NCBI GenBank assembly: GCA_963734495.1
Contig: CAVTHK010000011.1
Coordinates: forward strand, 96,001 to 160,000
Origin: an uncultured Spirochaetota bacterium
GTDB lineage: Bacteria; Spirochaetota; Spirochaetia; SZUA-6; CAVTHK01
Reading direction: 5' to 3'
Length of the DNA stretch: 64,000 nt
The first letter of the stretch is position 1; every line of letters begins with the position of its first letter. Below the pieces are notes generated by a model. The model saw only the letters and a program-made list of their open reading frames with translations. It made no database searches and was not told the DNA's origin. Of the stretch, positions 40,745 through 50,350 are shown in pieces. The translations under genes and the position numbers were made by a program.

Positions 40745-41647
40745 ATGAAACACCTAACACTGGTGATGTTGCTCGCGCTTGCGTTGTGCGCGTCGGCGTA
40801 CGCGCAGGATCTCCGCGTGCAGTATCTGGACGGGCTCGTCGAGCTGCAGACGGGGGCCGCGTGGCGCGAGCTCGCCGCGGGCGACAGCGTGCCCGCTTCC
40901 GCGGTGCTGCGGCTCGACGACGGCGCGATCGCCGAGCTGGCGGGGGGCGGGATGACGCTGCGGCTCACCCGGCGCGGGACCTACGACCTTGCGAGCCTGG
41001 CGACCGCGAGCGCGCAGAGCAAATCCGCGGGACTCGGCACCTTTCTCACGCAGCGCGCCAGGGCGATGGGCGGTGCCCGCGCCGCCAAAGCCGACGCGAG
41101 CGCAGCCGGCGTGCGGGCTGAGGCCAAGGATGACCGGACGGTGAACTGGGTCGGAGCGGAGAGCGCCGACGCCCTGATCTCCAGCGGCATCGAAAAGCTG
41201 GCCAGGGGCGACTACAAGGCGGCGTACGCGACCTTCGAGGATGCGCGCGACGCGGCGGCATCCGCGAGCGGACCCGACGCGGCGCGGGCTGCCTTCTATC
41301 TGGGCTATGCCTCGTACCTCAACGGCGACCTCGTGTCCGCCCTGCGGTATCTCGAAAAGCCACGGCCCGACCCCTCGTCGAGCATGTACAACGACCACGT
41401 GCTGGTGCTCGCGCAGCTGCTCGTGGAAACCTTTGCCTACGCGGACGCCGCGGATCTGCTGCAGGGGTACATCGGGTCGGGGGCTCCCCGGGGAGACAAC
41501 CTGCAGGCCGCGCGGCTCTTTCTCGGGCTGAGCCAGAAGGGACTGGGCAACAGGCAGCAGGCGACCGAGAGCCTGCAGGCCGCGCAACAGATGAACGCCG
41601 GCTCCGACGCGGGCCGCGCCGCGGCCAGGCTGCTGGAGACGCTGTAG
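40745..41647 (+). CDS. Secreted TPR protein with a FecR-like N-terminal beta domain
   Basis: Signal peptide (SAYA/Q); YLDGLVEL...GD.V....VLRL..GAIAEL...AAGVRA; TPR-like helices. Confidence 0.7.
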   Translation: MKHLTLVMLLALALCASAYAQDLRVQYLDGLVELQTGAAWRELAAGDSVPASAVLRLDDGAIAELAGGGMTLRLTRRGTYDLASLATASAQSKSAGLGTFLTQRARAMGGARAAKADASAAGVRAEAKDDRTVNWVGAESADALISSGIEKLARGDYKAAYATFEDARDAAASASGPDAARAAFYLGYASYLNGDLVSALRYLEKPRPDPSSSMYNDHVLVLAQLLVETFAYADAADLLQGYIGSGAPRGDNLQAARLFLGLSQKGLGNRQQATESLQAAQQMNAGSDAGRAAARLLETL

Positions 41648-41777
41648 GCGGGGGCGAGACACCGAGTCCGGCCGTGGACCTGACTTCATCGGCTACGGCT
41701 TGATCGTCGACGACGCCAGCGCCGCCGAAGACTCCCGGTCGGTGCGCAGATCCCTCTGTGTCGCCCCGCAGTATAGG

Positions 41778-41829
41778 GGCACTTTTGGAGAAAAGTGCCG
41801 TTTACCGCCGCGGGCGGCGCGGCTAAGGT
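41778..41829 (+). promoter_or_regulatory. Putative activator site overlapping the -35 of the lyase promoter
   Basis: GGAGAAAAGTGCCGTTTAC (41787-41805), then TTTACC-17-TAAGGT; the same motif occurs at 47788-47806 (-). Confidence 0.65.
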
Positions 41830-41855
41830 GGGCCGGCAGCACAGGGAGGCCAGGC

Positions 41856-44190
41856 GTGTCGATCTTTCCCGAGCAGCGTCCCACAGGCAACTTTACGATC
41901 CCGCGTCCGGAAGACGGGCAGACCGTCGCGGTCACTCCCCCGGGTTTCGTCTGGAATCCGGCCGAGGGGGCCGCGAGCTACGCCCTGCACATCTACGACT
42001 CGAAGCGGCATGTCGTCTACACGCGGGACGGCATCACGGACCCGGTCCACGTGCCCGACCGCAAGCTCGCCCCCGGCGCGTATGAGTGGGACCTGAGCGC
42101 GGTGGACGCCGGCGGCCGGTTGCTCGGCCGCAGGGGCAAGCTCAGGTTCATCGTATCCGACGGTGTCCCCGAGCTTCCATGGGTGAGCCCGAGCGAGCTT
42201 CTCTCGCGCGTTCCCGCGGGCCACCCGCGCCTCATCTACCACGGCGACTTCCTCGCCCGCGTGCGCGCAACCCTCGGCGCGGGCAGGCGTGCGGCCTGGA
42301 AAGGCGTCGAGGAGTCGGCCGACCGAGCCCTTACTCTCGACCCCGCGCCTTATCCCACCTACGACAAGACAGGCGACGCGAACCTGTCGCGCCTCGAATA
42401 CGTCAAGTACTATCGGGCGTTCCCGCGCTGGGTCGAGGCAGGGCTTCAGCCGCTCGCCCTCGCCTACCTGGTGTCCGGGGAGGCGAAGTACGGGGCCGCG
42501 GCGAAAAAGCTTCTCGCGGCCTTTGCCGAGTGGCCGGTGGCCGACGACAACGTCACCTCCGTGCTGGCGAGATGGGGAGACGAGCCCGGGCTGCACCTCG
42601 CGCGCATAGCGCACCGCGCCTACGACTGGATCTACGATCTGCTCGACGAGCCGCTGCGGCAGGAAGGTCCTGACCATGTGCGCCGAGCGCGCGCGGCAGG
42701 CGCTGCGCCGCCTCGTCCATCGGCACAACTACCTGACGAGCCCCGCGGAGAGCCATCCCGCCCGGCTGGTCGCGTATCTTTCGGAGATGGCGATCACGAT
42801 GGCGGGCGAGGCCGAGGACGCGGCGGAGTGGCTGGAGTATTCGCTCAAGGCGCTGATGACCTTCTACCCCCACTGGTCGGGTGCGGACGGCGGGTGGGCC
42901 GAAGGGATCTTCTACGGCAAGAACTACAACAGCTACTACATCCCCGCGCTCGAGGCGCTGCGGACCGTCGGGCTCGACCTGTGGCAGCGGCCTCCGTTCA
43001 GCCTGGTGCGGAGGTTCTTCTTCTACTGCAGCACGCCCAACGCCGAGTTCAGGCCCTACGGCGACGGCGCCGACCGCGGCGGACCCAACCCGGACCTGAC
43101 GCTCCTGCTTCGTCACCACGCGCGCCGCTTCCGCGACGGCGCCTGCCAGTGGTGGGTCGAGCAGTCGAAGGCCACAGACGCCCCGGACGCGACGGTGGCC
43201 CTGCTCACGGAGGACGACGTCGAAGGCGTTCCTCCCGCGGACCTGCCGCAGGCCGCGGTCTTCCGCGACGCCGGCTGGGCGGCGCTGCACAGCGACCTTG
43301 CGCACCCCGCCGTCGACACGTTCCTGCTGTTCAAGAGCAGCCCGTACGGCAGCATCAGCCACAGCCACGCGGACCAGAACTCGTTTTCCATCCTCAAGGG
43401 CGAGAAAGCGCTTGCCATCCCGTCGGGCTACTACGGGCCTGCCTACGGCCAGCCGCATCACGCCGACTGGACGCGCCAGACCAGGGCGAACAACTCGATC
43501 CTGGTGAGCGGACGCGGGCAGGTCGTTCGCGAGGGGTGGGCCAGCGGCCGCATAACAGACCACGAGGTGGGCGGCCAGGTCTCGTACGTGTGCGGCGACG
43601 CAACCGCGGCGTATGGCGGCGACATGACCCTCTTCCGCAGGCATGTCCTGTTCGTGCGGCCGGCCCTCTTTGTCGTCCTCGACGAGCTCGCGGCCCCGCG
43701 CATCTCCAGCTTCCAGTGGCTCCTCCACGGCCTGGAGGAGATGGAGACCGACGAGGAGGCCGGCTCCGTTGCCATGCATCATCGGGGGGCGCACCTGAGG
43801 GTCCGCCTGAGCTCGCCGGCCGGGCTGTGGTTCAAGCAGACCGACCTCTTCGACACGCCCTACAACTCGGGCTCTCCGCCGGCTTTCCGCGAGGAGCACC
43901 CGAACCACTGGCACTTCACGGCGTCGACGATCAGGCCGACGACCGGGACGCGGATAGGCGCGGCCATGCTCGTGACGGGCGAAGGGGAGCAGGTGACGTG
44001 GGAGACCGCGGCCGCGGACGGCTGGCTGCGCGCTTCGGCCGCGGGCTCCGACTGGTCGGCGGAGGCGTGGGCGCGGCTCGCACCCGAGGCCGCCGTTCCC
44101 GAGGCTCTCCGCGGGTGGGCGCCGCGGGACCCGCTGCTGGTCGCGGGCCGCTGGACGCGCGGCGGCGAGCAGGAGGCGCTGCAGCGGTGA
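41856..44190 (+). pseudogene. DUF4962 + heparinase II/III-domain polysaccharide lyase (PL15-like exo-lyase), +1 frameshift near 42658-42661
   Basis: HPRL, AYDWIYD, DGGWAEG..Y, PYGDG, FKSSPYGSISHSHADQNSF, H..WTRQT.ANN; no signal peptide. Confidence 0.85.
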
Positions 44191-44218
44191 GCCGCCGCGG
44201 CGCGCCGCTCGCTTCCCT

Positions 44219-45100
44219 TCAACCTTTGATCGATCCTATCAGGATCCCCTTCGTGAAGTACTTCTGGATAAAGGGGTAGACCACGATGATGGGGAACGCG
44301 ACCACGACGATCGTCGCCATCTGCACCGACACGGTCGGCGGCTGGTAGTCGGGGTTGATCTGGTCGAGCAGGTCGATCTGGCGCGCGGAATCGAGGATAC
44401 GACGCAGCACGACCTGCACAGGCCACAGGCGCGAGTTGTTGACGTAGATCACCGCGGCGAACCACTCGTTCCAGTGGTACACCGCGTGGAAGAGCGCCAT
44501 CGTCGCGATGGCGGCGGTCGAGAGCGGAAGCACGATCCGGAAGAGGATCACGAACTCGTTCGCCCCGTCCATCTTGGCCGACTCTTCGAGGCTGTCGGGG
44601 AGCTGCGCGAAGAAGTTGCGCATGATCAGGATGTTCCACGCCACCATGAGCCTGGGGAAGATGTAGACCCACACGGTGTTCAGCAGGCCGAGGCTGCGCA
44701 CCAGGAGGAACGTCGGGATGAGGCCTCCGGAGAACCACAGCGTGAAGGCGATCATCGCCGTGAGCGGCCCGGTCAGCGGGTAGGACTTCTTCGCGATGAC
44801 GTAGGCGAACATGGACTCGACGAGCAGGCTCAGGGCCGTGCCCGCGACCGTCCGGAAGATCGTGATCTGATACGCCCTGAAGAGCAGCGACTTGCTCGAC
44901 AGGATGAACTTGTAGGCCTCCAGGTCGATGCGCTCGGGGATGAGCGCGAACGGACGCACGGCGCGCTCGGCGTCCGACATCAGCGAGCGGCTGATCACGA
45001 AGAGAAAAGGGTAGAGGGTCGCGGCGCAGAGGAGGATCAGCACCGTGGAATTGGCGACGTCGAACAGCCTCTCTCCCAGGGTCTTCCTGATGTACAGCAT
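44219..45100 (-). CDS. Carbohydrate ABC transporter permease (YtcP/LplC-like)
   Basis: FSGGLIPTFL, LPDSLEESAKMDGAN, YPFIQKYFTKG. Confidence 0.95.
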   Translation of the reverse strand: MLYIRKTLGERLFDVANSTVLILLCAATLYPFLFVISRSLMSDAERAVRPFALIPERIDLEAYKFILSSKSLLFRAYQITIFRTVAGTALSLLVESMFAYVIAKKSYPLTGPLTAMIAFTLWFSGGLIPTFLLVRSLGLLNTVWVYIFPRLMVAWNILIMRNFFAQLPDSLEESAKMDGANEFVILFRIVLPLSTAAIATMALFHAVYHWNEWFAAVIYVNNSRLWPVQVVLRRILDSARQIDLLDQINPDYQPPTVSVQMATIVVVAFPIIVVYPFIQKYFTKGILIGSIKG

Positions 45101-45104
45101 GCGC

Positions 45105-46064
45105 CTACCAGAGCCCTTCGGAGCCCAGCCACTTGACGATCCTGTTGGCGGCGTAGACCAAAGCCAGGCTCGTGAATGACTGGAAGAACCCCACGGCCGT
45201 CGTGTACGAGAAGTCGGCCTGCAGGATCCCGCGCCTGTAGATGAAGGTCTCGAACACGTCGGCCACCTCGTACACCGCGGGGTTGTAGAGGTTGAAGATC
45301 TGCTGGAAGTTCTCGTTGATGATCTCGCCCACGCGCAGAATCAGGAAGATGACCACGATGTAGGCGATCGAAGGCAGCGTGATGTGCACGGCCCGCTGGT
45401 AGCGGGTCGCGCCGTCGATGTAGGCGGATTCGTACTGATCCTGCGGGATGTTGCTGATCGCGGCCAGGTACACGATGGAGCCCCAGCCGATCCCGCGCCA
45501 GATCGAGGAGGCCACGAGGACGCTTCGGAAATAGCGCGTGTCCGCGAGGAACGTGATCGGCTTGATCCCGAGCGAGCCCAGCAGCGCGTTGATGGGTCCC
45601 ATCGTGGGGGACAGCAGCATGATCGCGAGGCCCGCGATCACGACCCACGAGATGAAGTGCGGCAGGTACGTGATGGTCTGCACCGTCCGCTTGAACGCGC
45701 TGCTCGCCACCTCGTTCAGGAGCAGCGCCAGGAGGATCGGCGCGGGGAAGCCCCAGACGAGGCGGTAGGTGCTGATGAGCAGCGTGTTCCGCAGCAGCCT
45801 CCAGAAGTAGTGGCTGGAGAACAGGTTCGCGAAGTGCTTCCAGCCGGCCCACGGCGCGTTGATCACGCCCATCACGCCGCCCATCCCGTTGTAGTCCTTG
45901 AACGCGATGACGAGCCCGTAGATCGGCACGTAGTGGAAGAGGAGAAAGTAGAGGATGCCGGGCAGCGCCAGCAGGTGGAAGAACCGGTACTTCCACAGGA
46001 AGAGCCGGGCCCGCGCGATGAGCGGGGCCCGGTTCGCGGCGGCCGTCGTCTCGAAGCCGTTCAC
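45105..46064 (-). CDS. Carbohydrate ABC transporter permease (YteP/LplB-like)
   Basis: IAFKDY, YLPHFISWVV, YESAYIDGA, TAVGFFQS. Confidence 0.95.
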   Translation of the reverse strand: MNGFETTAAANRAPLIARARLFLWKYRFFHLLALPGILYFLLFHYVPIYGLVIAFKDYNGMGGVMGVINAPWAGWKHFANLFSSHYFWRLLRNTLLISTYRLVWGFPAPILLALLLNEVASSAFKRTVQTITYLPHFISWVVIAGLAIMLLSPTMGPINALLGSLGIKPITFLADTRYFRSVLVASSIWRGIGWGSIVYLAAISNIPQDQYESAYIDGATRYQRAVHITLPSIAYIVVIFLILRVGEIINENFQQIFNLYNPAVYEVADVFETFIYRRGILQADFSYTTAVGFFQSFTSLALVYAANRIVKWLGSEGLW

Positions 46065-46071
46065 CGCGGCG

Positions 46072-47679
46072 CTACTTCTTCTGGTACTCGCTGTACATCT
46101 TCGTGGCGAGCTCGACGTACTTGTCGCCGTGAATCTTGCGGTACTGAGCGATCACGGCGTCCCAGTCGCTGACGGGCCGCTTGCCGATGATGATGTTCAC
46201 GACCGCTTCTTCGATGAGCGTCTGCGCGTCAGCCATCGAGTTCTCGACCGGCGTTCCCTTCCACTTGTAGGCGACGAACCAGTCGGGCGACCAGACGTAG
46301 CCGATGTTCTGCATCATTGTCTGGACTTCGTCGTACTTGTTCCTGACGAAGCCGGCGTCGATATTGACGACCTTCGTGAAAAAGGAGTGGCTGTCCTCGG
46401 TGAGCGCGTAGGCCTTGCGGTAGATCCTCTTCTGCGGGTCCTTGTACTGCTTGATCTCGCCCTTGGCCTCGTCTGCCCACTCCCAGTGCGGGCCGGGCAG
46501 CCCTTCGCGCGTGATCAGGTAGTTGGTCTTGGAGGCCACGGACCACTGGAAGAGCTTGATGGCCCACTCGGCGTTCTTGCTGTAGGAGACGATCCCCATG
46601 AACGGCGTCCCGGGCGGCTGGCGGGGGACCTGGAAGGGCTTGCCGTTCTCGAGCTTGATCTGGGGATACTCGTAGTACGCTTGGGGGACCTTCTTCATGA
46701 GGGTTTCCCACGGGCGCACGATGTTTGAGTACCAGCCGATGGAGGCGCCGACCCTGTTGGCGATGACGAGGTCCTCGACCTGGTTTCTCTTGAGCGTGTA
46801 CTGCTCGGGGTGGAGGATCCCTTCCTTGTGCCACTGCGCCATCTTCGCGAGGTAGTCCTTGTACTTCGGGTGCATGACGTGGGGTACGACGCGGCCCTGC
46901 TCGTCAATGTAGTTGGCGTCGTAGCCGGCCGGCACTCCCGTGATGATGTAGGGCAGCACGCGCTCGAAGTCCTCGTTGTAGTTCCTCGCTACCATGGGGA
47001 AGGAGTCGACCTTGCCGTTCCCGTCCGGGTCCCCGGTTTTCACGGCTTTGAGGTAGGCTTCGAGCTCGGCGAGGGTCGAGGGCGGATTCTTGAATCCGAG
47101 CTTCTCCCTCCAGTCCTTGCGGATGAAGACCATGTTCCCCATGTTGCCCTGCCTGCGGGGGATGGCCCAGATCTTTCCGTCCTTGTCCTTGACGGCCGCC
47201 CAGCATACCTCCTCGGAGAAGTGCTTCTTGAGGATCGGCCCGTACTGATCCAGCGGCTTGTTGAGCGCCATGAGCGCGCCACGGTCGACCATGTCCCACA
47301 TGCTCGCCCGCTGGGTGCTCACCTCGAAGGCGTCGACGTCCTCCTGGGATGCCAGCGCGAGGTTGGCCTTCTTGGCGAGCTCCTCGTCGTCCTTGGCGTA
47401 GATCATCTCGAACTTGATCCCGGAGTCCTTCTCTATGAAGTCCTTGACCTTCTGGTTGTCATCCGCTTCCCAGCCGCCGGTGTCCATCTGGATCATGAGG
47501 ATCTTGACGGGCTTGGCCTGGACGGATGCGGCGGCCGCCCCCGCTTCCTGCTTTCCTGCGGCCCAGAGGGACGCGCAGGAGAGGACGACGATGCACCCGA
47601 CCAGCCAGAGCGTCAGTCTCCCGCCGGTGCGCCCGGCCGCGCTCAGGCACCGTGCCGAATTCTTGCCGACTCGCTTCAT
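46072..47679 (-). CDS. Oligosaccharide ABC transporter substrate-binding protein (YtcQ/LplA-like)
   Basis: Signal ending WAAGKQE; IRKDWREKLG...P.TL.EL..YL.A.K.GDPDGNG; IIGKRPVSDWD. Confidence 0.9.
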   Translation of the reverse strand: MKRVGKNSARCLSAAGRTGGRLTLWLVGCIVVLSCASLWAAGKQEAGAAAASVQAKPVKILMIQMDTGGWEADDNQKVKDFIEKDSGIKFEMIYAKDDEELAKKANLALASQEDVDAFEVSTQRASMWDMVDRGALMALNKPLDQYGPILKKHFSEEVCWAAVKDKDGKIWAIPRRQGNMGNMVFIRKDWREKLGFKNPPSTLAELEAYLKAVKTGDPDGNGKVDSFPMVARNYNEDFERVLPYIITGVPAGYDANYIDEQGRVVPHVMHPKYKDYLAKMAQWHKEGILHPEQYTLKRNQVEDLVIANRVGASIGWYSNIVRPWETLMKKVPQAYYEYPQIKLENGKPFQVPRQPPGTPFMGIVSYSKNAEWAIKLFQWSVASKTNYLITREGLPGPHWEWADEAKGEIKQYKDPQKRIYRKAYALTEDSHSFFTKVVNIDAGFVRNKYDEVQTMMQNIGYVWSPDWFVAYKWKGTPVENSMADAQTLIEEAVVNIIIGKRPVSDWDAVIAQYRKIHGDKYVELATKMYSEYQKK

Positions 47680-47762
47680 CTGTCCGCCTCCTTTTTGCCC
47701 CCTGTGCTCCGGGGGGCTTGCCCCCCGCTCGGGGGGTTCGAGAGTCTGCGTGAACCGACTGG

Positions 47763-47820
47763 ATTGTCCCGGCAGCAGGTCGCCGGCGTAAAGGGCACTT
47801 TTCTCCGATTATCCCCTTTT
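47763..47820 (-). promoter_or_regulatory. Putative activator site and promoter of the ABC operon
   Basis: Minus strand GGAGAAAAGTGCCCTTTAC (47806-47788), then TTTACG-18-GACAAT. Confidence 0.65.
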
Positions 47821-47860
47821 CCCGCGCCGCGGGCGCGGGGGCAGGTGGGCTCCGCGGGCC

Positions 47861-50263
47861 TCACGCCACGATCTTGCGGTAGCGATGGGGAGTCGCGCCC
47901 TTTACCTTCTTGAAGACCCGGATGAAGTACTTGGCGCTTCCGTAGCCGACCTGCCGCGCCACGTCCTTGACCTTCGCGTTTCTGAGGAGGAGGCGGCAGG
48001 CACTGTCGATCCTGCGCTGCGTGAGCAGCTCGACGAACGTTCTCCCCATCCTCTCCTTGAGGACGCGGTAGATCCTCGAGGGGCTGAGGTGCAGGTCCGC
48101 GGCGAGACGGTCCATGCACAGCAGCGGATTGTCGAAGTTCGCGTCGACGTACTCCATGACTCTGCGCAGGAACTCGCCGTCCGCATCCTCCGCCGCCTTG
48201 CGGCGCCGGCCGCAAACGCAGGCGATGAGCCTGCGGAAGAACACCTCGGCGCCGTCGAGGGTCTTGAGGCCCGCGAGGACTTCGAGCACGGGCTCACCGT
48301 GCGTCACCTCGTCCGGGAGGCGGCCGCTGCCCGCGTACCCCGAGATCATCACGTAGAGCCGGATGACGAAATCCTCCAGGTCCCGGCCGCAGGCACGCTG
48401 TTCGCGGAGGGTGCGGTCGAGCACTTCGCCGAGCGCCTCCTGCGCGGCGTCGTCCCTTCCGGCGGACACCGCCTTTTCCAGGGGCTCCCATCCGCACTCC
48501 AGCGCCGACGGGCGGGCCGGCGAGCCGCGCCTCGCGTCCTCGCTGGAGACGACCGCGGTGCGGCCAGTGACCGGCCGCCGGCTCAACGCCGCCAGGCTCT
48601 CGTTATACAGCCCGGGAAGGTCCGAGGGCCGCGCCGCGCGCCTGCTGACTCCGACGGCGAGCTCCACGCCGAGGTATTCTCTCGCGCCGTCCGCGAGCTG
48701 GCGGGCCAGCTCGACGGAGGCGACGCTGTCGGGATCATCGCGATGGTCGGTGACGATGACGTCGAGGCCGGCGTCGTCGGCGTCGACGATGTACGCGGAA
48801 TAGCGCCGGCCCTCCAGGATGCGCTCGACAAGGCCGCTCAGGCTGAGCTTGAGGACCGGAAGGCGGAAACCCGCCTCCTCCAGCTCGTAGAGGTTCAGCA
48901 CCTCCATGGCCAGAACGCGGACGGCGCGCCCCTCGAGCTCGATGCCCAGCTCGGCGAAGCGCCTGCCGATCTCGTCCTCGCCCAGGGAGGAGTCGGTGAG
49001 CAGCCGGTGCAGGAAGCGCTCGCGGTAGACCGGCAGCATCTGCCCGAGGCGGTCGGCGAGCAGGACGTTCTTCTGCGCGATCCCGCGGACGTAGCGGTCG
49101 ATGTCGCGGAAGGCGGCGATGCCGCTGTGGCTGAGCTGCTCGCGCAGCGAGTCGATCAGCTCGTCCATCGGCCGCGACGTGAGGCGCGCGGTGAGCACTC
49201 CGAGCAGGAGGATGGTCGCGAGCAGGAGCATGCTTGCGAGCACCGTCGCGCCCTGCATGGAGGCGATCAACGCCCGCACCTCGTCGTACGACTTGACCCA
49301 CACGAAATCCCAGCCGAGGAGCGGAGAGCTGGTCCTGGTGAGCAGCCATGCGCGGCCGCCCTCGCGCCGGACGACCGTCGTGTCCCTCGCGGCGTCCCGC
49401 TCCTCTCGAAATGCTGAGAGCACCAGGGGAAGGGCGTCCCGCTGTCCAAGGATCATCTCGCCGCGGGCGCCCAGGACGACCAGGTCGTTGCCCCGCCCGA
49501 GGCCCATCCGGCTGATCACGTCCTCGTAGATGGTTGCGGGGTCGATGTTGACGATCAGCGCGCCTTCGTTGCGCGGGCCGCCGGTCGGGAGCCGCGAGAC
49601 GAGGCTGATGACCGTCTCCGGGGGTCTCTCGTCGTGGATCGAGGTCCGCATCGAGCGCTGGTTCACGAGCGTGATCTGCCGCTCTGACGCCCGGTACGGC
49701 TCGAGCCAGGTGTGGTCGGGAAAGGTTTCGATCGAGCAGAAGCCGTAGTCGGTGTCGTAGACCTGGCCGCTGCGCTGCAGGTAGACGGAGAGCGAGCGGA
49801 CGTACTTGCCGCCGTACCGGATCTCGGCGAGGCGGGCGAGGACGGCCTGCCTGCGCAGCGGGTCGCTCGACCCGCCCTGCGCCAGCAGCCCCTTGATGAT
49901 CGAGTCGCCGTTGACCTGGTTGGTGCTGTCGAGGATCCCGTCGATGATGAGCGAGACGGCGCCCACGGACTGGGCGAGCATGGCGCGGTTCGACTGGATG
50001 TAGAGCGAGGTGAGCCTGTTGCGCGCGCTGCGCGAATAGAAGAGTCCGCCCCCGAGGACGGAGAGCAGGCTGAAGGCAGCGATCACCAGGTAGAGCTGGA
50101 GGAATACCCCTCGCCGGCCCAGATGTCGATGCAGCGGTCGTTCTGCCCTCACGGCCCGCAAGTATGCGCCTTCGCGAAAAGGCCCGTCAACGCGCAACGC
50201 GGCTGCCTCGCCGCTGCCGCCGCCCGCAGCGCTCACCTCCCGCGGTGTATCGTTGCGCCGCAC
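47861..50263 (-). CDS. Membrane-anchored AraC-family regulator with an extracytoplasmic Cache-like sensor (YesS-like); start uncertain
   Basis: Two TM segments flanking a sensor domain; C-terminal AraC HTH (VKDVARQVGYGSAKYFIRVFKKVKGATP). Confidence 0.9.
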   Translation of the reverse strand: MRRNDTPREVSAAGGGSGEAAALRVDGPFREGAYLRAVRAERPLHRHLGRRGVFLQLYLVIAAFSLLSVLGGGLFYSRSARNRLTSLYIQSNRAMLAQSVGAVSLIIDGILDSTNQVNGDSIIKGLLAQGGSSDPLRRQAVLARLAEIRYGGKYVRSLSVYLQRSGQVYDTDYGFCSIETFPDHTWLEPYRASERQITLVNQRSMRTSIHDERPPETVISLVSRLPTGGPRNEGALIVNIDPATIYEDVISRMGLGRGNDLVVLGARGEMILGQRDALPLVLSAFREERDAARDTTVVRREGGRAWLLTRTSSPLLGWDFVWVKSYDEVRALIASMQGATVLASMLLLATILLLGVLTARLTSRPMDELIDSLREQLSHSGIAAFRDIDRYVRGIAQKNVLLADRLGQMLPVYRERFLHRLLTDSSLGEDEIGRRFAELGIELEGRAVRVLAMEVLNLYELEEAGFRLPVLKLSLSGLVERILEGRRYSAYIVDADDAGLDVIVTDHRDDPDSVASVELARQLADGAREYLGVELAVGVSRRAARPSDLPGLYNESLAALSRRPVTGRTAVVSSEDARRGSPARPSALECGWEPLEKAVSAGRDDAAQEALGEVLDRTLREQRACGRDLEDFVIRLYVMISGYAGSGRLPDEVTHGEPVLEVLAGLKTLDGAEVFFRRLIACVCGRRRKAAEDADGEFLRRVMEYVDANFDNPLLCMDRLAADLHLSPSRIYRVLKERMGRTFVELLTQRRIDSACRLLLRNAKVKDVARQVGYGSAKYFIRVFKKVKGATPHRYRKIVA

Positions 50264-50350
50264 GCCGCCTGCTGTCCACCGCGCGCCCCCTTGCCCGCGC
50301 CGGCCAGTGTGGCATAATCCGCGAAGCAGCGCGAAAGGGGCGGGAAAGCC

